Virus record (IMG/VR): IMGVR_UViG_3300005805_000395
Coordinates: 1-26,770 of that record
DNA from: a virus
Lineage: Duplodnaviria; Caudoviricetes
Length of the DNA: 26,770 bases
Direction: 5' to 3' (one strand)
A program made the position numbers and the translations under genes. The notes under the pieces were generated by a model. The model had not been told where the DNA came from. It saw only the letters and a program-made list of their open reading frames with translations, and did no database searches. Below, one piece after another: positions 9,775-17,897 of this stretch. The stretch's first letter is position 1. Each line of letters starts with the position of its first letter.

Positions 9775-10298
9775 TTATATCTAATAACATATCGAGAGTA
9801 AAGGTACCTATACCTGTAGCACAGTGTATAGGTGGACCATCTTACATAGGTAAGATTAAGCTGAAAAATATATATCAGCAGTGGTCTGGACAAACCTATA
9901 ACGAAATAAAAGAAAAGCATACTGACAATCCTTTTAATGTTCGTATAGGATTACCACAAACAGATAAGCAACTGCTAAATGATAGAATTTTTTTGTTTAC
10001 AAGGTACTTGTCGTATAATCCACTAACAAAGCAGCTTGAAAACAGAGAACTAATCCCATCAAGAAACGTTGAGAAAGTTTATATAGGACATTCACCAGAA
10101 GAGCATTTGTATGGTGATTATAGGCTATTTGTTGATGGAAAAGTTGTGTTGGAGGATATTGTTTTTAAAAACACACAAAAGAGAAGAGAATCCTTAATAG
10201 ATATAATAGTAAAGCTTGAAGAGAGAATACAAAATCTGGAGTTTGAATTAAAAAAACTAAAGCGTGTAAACGATCCCGTAGCTATTTATAAAGGATGA
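9771..10298 (+). CDS. Hypothetical protein with C-terminal coiled coil (possible fibre-associated)
   Basis: 175 aa; ATGA overlaps on both sides; VYIG...YRLFVDGKV followed by heptad IVKLEERIQNLEFELKKLK. Confidence 0.55.
   Translation: MIISNNISRVKVPIPVAQCIGGPSYIGKIKLKNIYQQWSGQTYNEIKEKHTDNPFNVRIGLPQTDKQLLNDRIFLFTRYLSYNPLTKQLENRELIPSRNVEKVYIGHSPEEHLYGDYRLFVDGKVVLEDIVFKNTQKRRESLIDIIVKLEERIQNLEFELKKLKRVNDPVAIYKG
10283..10290 (+). promoter_or_regulatory. TATTTATA putative late-promoter motif
   Basis: 4 nt before ATG 10295, within the 3' end of the upstream gene. Confidence 0.6.
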
Positions 10299-12169
10299 AT
10301 AATTTAGCTAAGCATTTAGTTGATACCTTATTAGAAGCTTCTCAAGGTGTTACAGTTCTACTACCTGGCGGATTCAAGCCTCCACATGGTGGTCACTTAG
10401 ACCTTGTAATGAACTATTTTAGCCTGCCACAAGTATCTAATGTAATTATTTTAGTGGGTCCTACCCCAAGACAAGGCATAACCCAGAGCGATTCCATAGC
10501 TATATGGAAGATGTTGCTCAAGGATGTACCTAATACACAGGTAATCGCAACGAGTGTTGAGTCACCATTAACAGCTGCTTACAAGTATTTAGAAACAGCG
10601 CCAAGCGGAATGTACGCTCTAGCATCCAGCTCAAAAGGTGAAGACTATGCTAGAGTTAAGAAGTTTGTACAGGACCACTCAAATGGCGGCAAATATCAGC
10701 GCAAAGGAGTTAGTGCAGTTGAGCTACCAGTTGACCCAAAGCCACTGCTTTATAGAAATCGTACAGACAAAAATAATGGTACGGGTATAAGTGCTTCTGT
10801 ACTACGAAGTGATTTAGCAACAAAGAACCTCAAAAACTTTACAACTAATTACCCAGACGTACCACAAGATATAGCAGCAAAGATATATCAAAGGCTAACT
10901 GGTAGAGTTAACTTATCAGAAATGTTAACAGAGGGGGGAGGTGCAGGTCACTTAGCACATCCTTATGAGGACACTGAATTGACATTTGATGATGTTGAGC
11001 AGATGATTGACGCATCACTGTCAGGTAAACTAGATCTTGCCCAAGAAAAGTTAGATGGCCAAAATCTAATGATATCTTACAAAGATAATAGGCTCATAGC
11101 AGCAAGAAACAAAACACATCTTAAAAACTTTGGAGAAAATGCACTTTCCATTGAGGAGATGAAAAAAATGTTCAGTAATAGAGGTCCGATTCAAGTTGCT
11201 TTTGTTGAAGCTATGAAGGATCTTGACGCAGCAATATCAAAATTGTCTCCACAAGACCGAGAAGAAATCTTTGCCAACGGCAAAAACTTTATATCACTAG
11301 AGGTACTATACCCAGACACATCGAATGTAATACCTTACGGTGCCGCACAGCTAAGACTGCATCACGTTAAGACTTATGATGAGAATGGTAATGTAGTATC
11401 TGAATCGCAAGTGCCCGTTACTAAATTACAAAGCCTGATTGATTCACAGAAACTACAAAATCAAAAAACATATCAGATACGTGCAACAGACCCTGCTAAA
11501 GTAAAGACTGATGAAGATTATGAAGCCAAAAAAGCAGAATTTCTTGCGGATCTAGATAACATTAGGAGTAGATTTGATCTAAGCAAAAACCAGAAGCTGT
11601 CAGCGTATTTTTTTGAATGGTGGAAGCAGTATATAGAGCAAAATGCTAAAAATTATGGATATAAAATTCCAAAAAAAGTCTTAAATTATTTAATACGTCG
11701 TTGGGCTTTCACAGATAAATCGACATCTATTGGCGTTGTAAAAAAGGCTATAAAGAATGATGATTTTAGAGCGTGGGTAACTGACTTTGATAGAACGGAA
11801 GTCAATGATCAAAAGAAGATAGCTGGTAAGCCTATTGAAATGTTATTTTTAAGGTTAGGAGCAAGAGTGCTTAAAAATCTAGAAAATTTGGTAGCACTGA
11901 ACCCGGACGAGTCTGTCAGAAAGATTAAGAAGGAGCTTGACACAGCAATTGATAATATAAGAGCAGTAGCAGCAACACCAGGATACCAAGATAGTGAAGC
12001 GGCAACAAAGTTTCTAAAAAGAGAACTAAATAGAATCAAGGAATTAGGAGGTTACTCGGCAATTGTACCAACAGAGGGATTAGTTTTTACATATAAGGGA
12101 AAGTTGTACAAGTTGACAGGTGCATTTGCACCAATTAACCAAATACTTGGATATATGCGTTTTGAATAA
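10295..12169 (+). CDS. Two-domain protein: HxGH cytidylyltransferase-like nucleotidyltransferase + RNA-ligase-like domain
   Basis: LPGGFKPPHGGH and ISASVLR (HIGH-superfamily NTase); after linker LSEMLTE-GGGAGH come EKLDGQN (ligase motif I KxDG), EGLVF (motif IV-like) and YKLTG (motif V-like). Confidence 0.72.
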   Translation: MNNLAKHLVDTLLEASQGVTVLLPGGFKPPHGGHLDLVMNYFSLPQVSNVIILVGPTPRQGITQSDSIAIWKMLLKDVPNTQVIATSVESPLTAAYKYLETAPSGMYALASSSKGEDYARVKKFVQDHSNGGKYQRKGVSAVELPVDPKPLLYRNRTDKNNGTGISASVLRSDLATKNLKNFTTNYPDVPQDIAAKIYQRLTGRVNLSEMLTEGGGAGHLAHPYEDTELTFDDVEQMIDASLSGKLDLAQEKLDGQNLMISYKDNRLIAARNKTHLKNFGENALSIEEMKKMFSNRGPIQVAFVEAMKDLDAAISKLSPQDREEIFANGKNFISLEVLYPDTSNVIPYGAAQLRLHHVKTYDENGNVVSESQVPVTKLQSLIDSQKLQNQKTYQIRATDPAKVKTDEDYEAKKAEFLADLDNIRSRFDLSKNQKLSAYFFEWWKQYIEQNAKNYGYKIPKKVLNYLIRRWAFTDKSTSIGVVKKAIKNDDFRAWVTDFDRTEVNDQKKIAGKPIEMLFLRLGARVLKNLENLVALNPDESVRKIKKELDTAIDNIRAVAATPGYQDSEAATKFLKRELNRIKELGGYSAIVPTEGLVFTYKGKLYKLTGAFAPINQILGYMRFE

Positions 12170-12179
12170 AAAATCTTAC

Positions 12180-12187
12180 TATTTATA
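12180..12187 (+). promoter_or_regulatory. TATTTATA putative late-promoter motif
   Basis: Intergenic, 15 nt before ATG 12203. Confidence 0.65.
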
Positions 12188-12202
12188 TAAAATAAAGTCG
12201 AG

Positions 12203-12559
12203 ATGAAATTAAAAAACTTATTAAGGAAGGAGATGCTTACTCCCCAACAATTGGCGGAGAAGAAGGAGGTGATAGGACAATCACCTGCACTAAATTTGTC
12301 CTTTCACCTGGACCACAAATTCTCCAACGTAGGAGATTCCGGTAAACCAGAGCTAAGCTTTACAATAAGCATTAGCTCTACTGGAGGTAAAGAGTACTAC
12401 AAGATTATATCGGATCAACAGGAAAAAGAAAAATTTGAAATTGCTATAAGTAAAGAAATAAATCTCGCAGCAAGGAGACTCAATCGCAACATTAAGCAAG
12501 TGATTCAAAAATATGGATTGAAGCCTAGAGCTGAAGAAGAAGAGGAGGGAGGTATATGA
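12203..12559 (+). CDS. Hypothetical protein, putative internal head protein
   Basis: 118 aa; leader MKLKNLLRKE; acidic C-terminus EEEEE. Confidence 0.6.
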   Translation: MKLKNLLRKEMLTPQQLAEKKEVIGQSPALNLSFHLDHKFSNVGDSGKPELSFTISISSTGGKEYYKIISDQQEKEKFEIAISKEINLAARRLNRNIKQVIQKYGLKPRAEEEEEGGI

Positions 12560-13014
12560 GAAAGGAAGGTGATGTTTGGGTAGAGAGAGGAAAAACCTGG
12601 ACTATTAAAAACGGTATTAAGAGAACTGTAAGTAGGTTTTCAGAAGTTAGAAAGGATCTGCAAATGCCGTTATGCTGTCCAAAGTGCAGTAGAGCTTTAA
12701 AAGGAGTTCATGCAAATATATACAAATTTAACAAAGTTTGTTTAGATTGCACAGTTGAGTTTGAGCACGAGCTGATTAAGCAAGGTAAGTATAAAGAGTA
12801 TGAGCAGAAGCGGATTGAAGCTAATGTTAAGGGTTATGTGCTAGATTTAGCAACTTTTTTTGATGAGTTTGCTAATGAATCAACTAACAAAAGCTACATT
12901 ACCGAAGATGGTGATGTAGAAAGTTGGATTGGTAATACAACAGAGAGACTAAAGGAAGTTATGGAGCCTAAAATAACAGAATTAGTAGAAAAGTATGCCA
13001 ACACCAAATCCTAA
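12556..13014 (+). CDS. Hypothetical Zn-finger protein
   Basis: 152 aa; KEGDVW..GKTWTIKNGIK N-terminus; CPKC...CLDC pair. Confidence 0.65.
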   Translation: MRKEGDVWVERGKTWTIKNGIKRTVSRFSEVRKDLQMPLCCPKCSRALKGVHANIYKFNKVCLDCTVEFEHELIKQGKYKEYEQKRIEANVKGYVLDLATFFDEFANESTNKSYITEDGDVESWIGNTTERLKEVMEPKITELVEKYANTKS

Positions 13015-13606
13015 TTACATAGCACTGGTAGCAGCGTTTATTACAGGAGTTATTGGACCTGTAGTTGTTAGACTAATATTGAGGTGGCTTGAAAAAACAA
13101 CAGACCCACTCAAGGAGGCAATAACACTTGCTGAAAAGGTTAGCGACAAGCTGGAGGAACTAAAAGAGGACTATGACGCTGATAGAATTTACATTCTTCA
13201 ATTCCATAATGGAGGACATTATTATCCTACGGGTAAGAGCATTCAAAAGTTTAGTATGTTATATGAAGTGGTTTCCGATAGTAAGTTTTCAGGACAGCAG
13301 ACCTTCCAAAATATTCCAGTTAATTTGTTTTCAAGAAGCTTAAAGCACCTTACAAATGAGGATGTGATCTGCATACCAGACTACGAGGATCCTTTAGCAC
13401 TAACATATGGATTGAAATTTTTAGCTCAGGAAAATGGTTCAAAATCCTCATACCTCTTTAGCATTCGAAATATCGATGGTAGATTTATTGGTGTTCTTGG
13501 TGTAGAGTACTCTACTAAATGTGCTTTATCAGACCACCAGCTTAGTGATTTGCAAGTTGCTGCATCAGCAATAGGAGGCGAGCTGTCAAAGTATTTAAGA
13601 AAATAA
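12995..13606 (+). CDS. Single-TM + GAF-domain protein; candidate T4 T-like holin
   Basis: Hydrophobic N-terminal helix YIALVAAFITGVIGPVVVRLILRWL; GAF-like ADRIYILQFHNG...KSSYLFSIRNIDGRFIGVLGVEY...LQVAASAIG. Confidence 0.55.
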   Translation: MPTPNPNYIALVAAFITGVIGPVVVRLILRWLEKTTDPLKEAITLAEKVSDKLEELKEDYDADRIYILQFHNGGHYYPTGKSIQKFSMLYEVVSDSKFSGQQTFQNIPVNLFSRSLKHLTNEDVICIPDYEDPLALTYGLKFLAQENGSKSSYLFSIRNIDGRFIGVLGVEYSTKCALSDHQLSDLQVAASAIGGELSKYLRK

Positions 13607-13609
13607 AAA

Positions 13610-14401
13610 ATGACATCAGAAGAATCAAAAGGACTTTGGCATAATATAAGAGCAAAAAGAGCTCGTGGAGAAGCTCCTGCACGTAAAGGTTCAGAGGCCT
13701 ATAATAAAGCCGTTTCTGCCGCTAAGAAGATAAATGCTACGAACGAGGAAGTAAGTATAGAAGATGTAGATGGTGATCTCGTCGTTACTATTATTGAAGA
13801 TGGTAAAAAGATTGGCATTTTTGAGTTAGAATCAGACGGCAATCATTATACTATAGTTGATGCGAATATAGATCCAAAGCACAGAGGTAAAGGATTATAT
13901 CAAAAAGCTATTGTTGACTTATTGAATAATAAGCCAAACATGGTTCTACATTCGGTTTACAGATCAAAGGAGGCAGAAAGAGCATGGCAAAGCCTACTGC
14001 AAAAGCTTCCATCCGATATCAAGGTCAAAAAAGTAAAATACCCAGAAGAAAAGACAATAGATATTATGTTAACAAAGGGTGGCTCCTTCAATGAGGTATC
14101 GGTTTGTAATAAGTGTGCAATTGCATTACTTGAAGACATTAAGTCTGGTAAGCTTCAACTTACAGAAGCAGAGTATCAAGGCCGTACAGTGCAACTAAAT
14201 AAACCTACTAGAGGGGACGTGAAGAAGTTTAAGGTTTATGTGAAAAAGGGTGATAAGGTTGTAAAAGTAAACTTTGGAGACCCAAACATGAGAATTAAAA
14301 AATCAAACCCTGAACGCAGAAGATCTTTCAGGGCTCGTCATAATTGTGATAACCCTGGACCTAAGTATAAAGCAAGATACTGGTCCTGTAGAAAATGGTA
14401 A
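13610..14401 (+). CDS. Modular protein with central GNAT acetyltransferase domain
   Basis: GNAT motif A NIDPKHRGKGLY and SKEAERAWQSL; basic N-terminal module KGLWHNIRAKRARG; CNKC; C-terminal module KVNFGDPNMRIKK..RRSFRARHNC..ARYWSC. Confidence 0.65.
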   Translation: MTSEESKGLWHNIRAKRARGEAPARKGSEAYNKAVSAAKKINATNEEVSIEDVDGDLVVTIIEDGKKIGIFELESDGNHYTIVDANIDPKHRGKGLYQKAIVDLLNNKPNMVLHSVYRSKEAERAWQSLLQKLPSDIKVKKVKYPEEKTIDIMLTKGGSFNEVSVCNKCAIALLEDIKSGKLQLTEAEYQGRTVQLNKPTRGDVKKFKVYVKKGDKVVKVNFGDPNMRIKKSNPERRRSFRARHNCDNPGPKYKARYWSCRKW

Positions 14402-14402
14402 A

Positions 14403-15485
14403 ATGAAAGGAAATACAACAACAGTAAAAGAGGCTAAACAAGCCTTACAGATGAAGTGGAGAGCTGGCTTAATAAGCGAGGAGGTATATAACCTCCACTT
14501 TGATAGGTACTCCTTAATTGAGGATGCATCCGCAGAACTCGAAAAAGCTATGAGTAAAGACTTAGCAGGAGCCGTTGGTGACCTAAAAGCAAAAGCAGGA
14601 AACGCTGACTTCAAGCAGGTAGCATCAAAAGGTACAGAAGATGGTGCACCTGACGATGAAAAAGTAAGTTTTACAACAACCTCAGTACCTGCCAAAAAAA
14701 TGTATCCAACCCAAGCAGAAATAGGATTTGGTAACAGCTTGGACGACATCATAAACGATAAATACGGTGCTATAGACTCAGCATTTAAAAATCCGGTTAA
14801 GATGCCATCACCGGATGGAAAAATACCTGTACTCTGTGCAGAAATTGGCGGAAAGATCGCTATACTTGATGGTCACCACAGATGGTCTTTGTGTTTTATG
14901 ATCAACCCAGAAGCAGATATGATGTGCGATATTATGAAGGCACCTGCTGGTATGGACGCTGGTGAGGCATTAAAAGCTATGCAACTAGCAATCGCAGCCA
15001 AGGCGGGTAAAGTTGTGACTAAACCGTTTGAGGGAAAAGATTTAATGGCTACCTCACCGGGTGAAGTTAAGAAGTACGTTGAACAGGGTATTGGAGGAAA
15101 GGAGATAAAAAAGTTTATGACCTATAAGCCAGAACTCTTTGGAAAGACTAGCACTAAAGAACCATCTGACACACAGCAAGATACTGTTAGCGAAAAAACA
15201 GACAAAGACAAGAACTCAAAGGCTTTTGCTAGAAGACAAGCACTTAGTAGAGCAACAGTAGCAAACTACATCGCTAATAACCATAAACTAATACTTGCTA
15301 TGAAAGGACCGTACCCACGAAACATAATGCCACAAGCTGGTAAATCTGGTGTCAATCAAAGCGACGTAAATGCAGCATTGCAAGCAGGTGATATTAACTT
15401 TAAAGAGCCTTTTAAAGTATCTGAGAGCTCTACCAAAGCTCTCGACAATATGTTAAAAGAGTCAATTAAAAAAGGATCAGATTAA
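14403..15485 (+). CDS. ParB/sulfiredoxin-like domain protein
   Basis: MYPTQAEI...PVLC...AILDGHHRW ParB/Srx motif; start moved from 14346 to ATG 14403, just after the upstream TAA (14399-14401). Confidence 0.7.
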   Translation: MKGNTTTVKEAKQALQMKWRAGLISEEVYNLHFDRYSLIEDASAELEKAMSKDLAGAVGDLKAKAGNADFKQVASKGTEDGAPDDEKVSFTTTSVPAKKMYPTQAEIGFGNSLDDIINDKYGAIDSAFKNPVKMPSPDGKIPVLCAEIGGKIAILDGHHRWSLCFMINPEADMMCDIMKAPAGMDAGEALKAMQLAIAAKAGKVVTKPFEGKDLMATSPGEVKKYVEQGIGGKEIKKFMTYKPELFGKTSTKEPSDTQQDTVSEKTDKDKNSKAFARRQALSRATVANYIANNHKLILAMKGPYPRNIMPQAGKSGVNQSDVNAALQAGDINFKEPFKVSESSTKALDNMLKESIKKGSD

Positions 15486-15790
15486 TGCCATACGAATTAA
15501 GAAAACAAGATGGCGGTTACAAAGTTGGAAAAAAGGATTCTAGTAAAACTTTTTCTAAAAAACCAATGTCAAAAGAAAAAGCAAAGGCTCAATTAGCTGC
15601 GCTTCATATTAATGCACCAAAAGAATCAACAATGAAAACAAAAGAACAAATACTGCGCGAGTATATTCGCAAAGCTATTAAGCAAGCTCTAAAAGAAGAA
15701 GAGAATAAACCAGACTACCTTGATATGGATAAGGATGGTAACAAAAAGGAGCCTATGAAAAAGGCTGTAAAGGATAAAGAAAGTAAATGA
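15485..15790 (+). CDS. Small basic modular protein, putative internal head protein
   Basis: 101 aa; TAATG overlap; LREYIRKAIKQALKEE helix; DYLDMDKDGN (DxDxDG). Confidence 0.6.
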   Translation: MPYELRKQDGGYKVGKKDSSKTFSKKPMSKEKAKAQLAALHINAPKESTMKTKEQILREYIRKAIKQALKEEENKPDYLDMDKDGNKKEPMKKAVKDKESK

Positions 15791-16089
15791 TAAAGCTAAA
15801 GTCACTTTTAAAGGAGGAAATGACCTACTTGGGCGGAATGAAAGTTCCAGTCCAATTAGTTGACATGTTCTATACCTTGGAAATGTGTCCAAAAGGCAAT
15901 ATCTATGTTTATCCACAAAATCAGACTAGATTGTTTAAGGGTCTTGAAAAGTTTGGTGAAAAGGCTGTAGTCGAGCCTATACTTAACCAGATTAACAACA
16001 AATACGGAGAGAAAGGCTACTACAAGTTTAGTCAAGCGTCAGTTGATCCAACGAAGCCTCTAGTTTTTTTGTATTATCCAAATGATTAA
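15787..16089 (+). CDS. Hypothetical protein, putative internal head protein
   Basis: 100 aa; leader MIKLKSLLKEE; ATGA overlap. Confidence 0.6.
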   Translation: MIKLKSLLKEEMTYLGGMKVPVQLVDMFYTLEMCPKGNIYVYPQNQTRLFKGLEKFGEKAVVEPILNQINNKYGEKGYYKFSQASVDPTKPLVFLYYPND

Positions 16090-16324
16090 GTTAAAAGAAA
16101 TACTAGAGGATAAGAAAGAACAGTACGATCCTTACATGTATTCTAAGCAAGGATTTGGATGTCATGTGTGTAAATTTTACTACATAAAAGAGGGTGTTCA
16201 TATGTGTAACAACACAGACTACGTGAAGTATATGGGCACTGAGCAACTTCTTACTGAAAAGGGTGGTGATCCTATAAAGGATCCAAGTCAATATTGTTCA
16301 AATTGGTTTAAACCTAATGTTTAA
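16082..16324 (+). CDS. Small Cys4 metal-binding protein (HiPIP-like spacing), putative internal head protein
   Basis: Leader MIKLKEILE; C-x2-C-KFY...C-x29-C-x2-W. Confidence 0.55.
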   Translation: MIKLKEILEDKKEQYDPYMYSKQGFGCHVCKFYYIKEGVHMCNNTDYVKYMGTEQLLTEKGGDPIKDPSQYCSNWFKPNV

Positions 16325-16877
16325 CTTAACAGAGCTATTAAATGAGTTAACGGGTAGAAACACTCTACACGTATATGATTTTGATGATACTATTGTTAAA
16401 ACAGACACGCCAATAATCGTTGTTGGCCAAAATGGTAGTAGAAGAGCTCTTACTAGCCACGAATACGCTACTTATGTAGCCAAGCCTGGTGAAACCTTTG
16501 ACTTCACAGAGTTTGACAAGATGATCAGATCATCAAAGCCCATTGACAGCAACATTGATCAGCTACGAGCATCGCTTGATAATCCAAACATTAAAACAAC
16601 TATTCTAACAGCTAGAAGGATAGCTTTTCCCATAATGAAGCATCTTAGAGACGCATACAAAATGAATGTGTATGTAGTTGGAGTCGGAAGCTCTGATCCA
16701 GAGAAGAAAGCAGATTATATAGAAAATGAGGTGAAGAGAGGTTACACTACTGTTCGATTTGTAGATGATTCAGACAAAAATTTATCCGCAGTAGCGGCAA
16801 GATTGCGAAAATACAACATTAATCTCGAGTTAATAAATGCATTATCAGGTAAAACAGTTTCTGAGCGATATTTATAA
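16317..16877 (+). CDS. HAD-superfamily phosphatase (polynucleotide 3'-phosphatase-like)
   Basis: Motif I YDFDDTI (DxDxT), II ILTAR, III K in EKKADYI, IV FVDDSDKN; leader MFNLTELLNE. Confidence 0.82.
   Translation: MFNLTELLNELTGRNTLHVYDFDDTIVKTDTPIIVVGQNGSRRALTSHEYATYVAKPGETFDFTEFDKMIRSSKPIDSNIDQLRASLDNPNIKTTILTARRIAFPIMKHLRDAYKMNVYVVGVGSSDPEKKADYIENEVKRGYTTVRFVDDSDKNLSAVAARLRKYNINLELINALSGKTVSERYL
16869..16876 (+). promoter_or_regulatory. TATTTATA putative late-promoter motif
   Basis: Overlaps HAD stop codon; 12 nt before ATG 16889. Confidence 0.6.
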
Positions 16878-16888
16878 AAAAGTATAAA

Positions 16889-17152
16889 ATGAACCAACCA
16901 AAAAAATACACAGCAGCAAAAATAAGAGACTTTGGAATTTCACAAGACTTAATGGACTTTATATACGACCAAATGCAGGAAGAGTATGAACGACATATTA
17001 CAAAGTCGTGGATTGCGGACACACTTCGCATGATGAAAGATGCTGAATACGACATGCAGGATCCGAGTGAATCTCCAGCCGATCTAAGAAAAGAGCTTGC
17101 TCAGTTTGGCAGCATTGTGGTTAAAAATAAAATAGATATAGTACTACTATGA
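16889..17152 (+). CDS. Hypothetical protein
   Basis: 87 aa ORF in the co-directional gene train, ATGA overlap with next gene. Confidence 0.6.
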   Translation: MNQPKKYTAAKIRDFGISQDLMDFIYDQMQEEYERHITKSWIADTLRMMKDAEYDMQDPSESPADLRKELAQFGSIVVKNKIDIVLL

Positions 17153-17556
17153 AACTAAGAAATTTACTACCGCTTATAGAAGCAAAGGAAGAGATAAGCC
17201 CAGAACTGATAGCTCTACCTTTCTTCCGTGCATTTCAAACTGCTCACGGATATTCACCGCTTTTTAGATATATCGGAACAAAAGCAGAACAGCACATCTT
17301 TACGGCTGAACTGCCAAACGTTGGTCAGCTAGATCTTATCATAAAAGACGCAGTTTTGGTTGCTAAGGTGGAAGAAAAAGAAGCGGTATTTGGTGTTATA
17401 TACACTCTATCAGGATTAGAAATGATGGATGCTACCGTTTGTAAGATGAAAATGAAGGGTGGTGCTGTTGAGCATGTTATCTATGATTCTAAGGATAAAA
17501 AGAATTTTGATGCAAAAACAACAAAATTTATAGACGTGTATCAAGATGCGAAGTAA
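17149..17556 (+). CDS. Hypothetical protein, putative internal head protein
   Basis: 135 aa; leader MKLRNLLPLIEA. Confidence 0.6.
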   Translation: MKLRNLLPLIEAKEEISPELIALPFFRAFQTAHGYSPLFRYIGTKAEQHIFTAELPNVGQLDLIIKDAVLVAKVEEKEAVFGVIYTLSGLEMMDATVCKMKMKGGAVEHVIYDSKDKKNFDAKTTKFIDVYQDAK

Positions 17557-17875
17557 ACAAAAAATACAAGAAAATTTATTTAGATCTCTTATACAAAAAG
17601 AGATTTCAAGGATCATAAGAGAGAATGAGCAAATTCCAGATGAGGAGGCTCCAGTTGATCAAGAGGCTCCTCAAGAGGAAGAGCCAGAGATCGATCGTAG
17701 TCAAGTTCTTGAAAAAATAACATATAATTTTACTAAAGCGTTAAAAAATAACCTTCAACAACTAAGCTCTGATGAGCTGGCTGATTCAGTTGATTCTATA
17801 ATGAATCATTTTGGTTTAGGTAAAGATAGTAAAATGCAGATATTGAGAACTATAAAGAACAAGATACAGCTTTAA
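17546..17875 (+). CDS. Hypothetical protein, putative internal head protein
   Basis: 109 aa; LFRSLIQKEISRIIREN helix followed by acidic linker. Confidence 0.55.
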   Translation: MRSKQKIQENLFRSLIQKEISRIIRENEQIPDEEAPVDQEAPQEEEPEIDRSQVLEKITYNFTKALKNNLQQLSSDELADSVDSIMNHFGLGKDSKMQILRTIKNKIQL

Positions 17876-17897
17876 TTAGGTAGGTTACATTAAGACA

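Noticed and set aside
12543-12555. Strong GGAGG Shine-Dalgarno-like sequence before 12556
   Set aside because: Explained by Glu/Gly codons of the overlapping upstream gene; isolated case
14346-14402. ORF-track starts at 14346, 23509 and 24045
   Set aside because: They overlap upstream genes; ATGs at 14403, 23515 and 24075 follow the upstream stops directly, and the latter two expose the shared leader
14403-15485. ParB as part of a ParABS partition system
   Set aside because: No ParA, no HTH/dimerisation region and no parS-like repeats evident; context is virion genes
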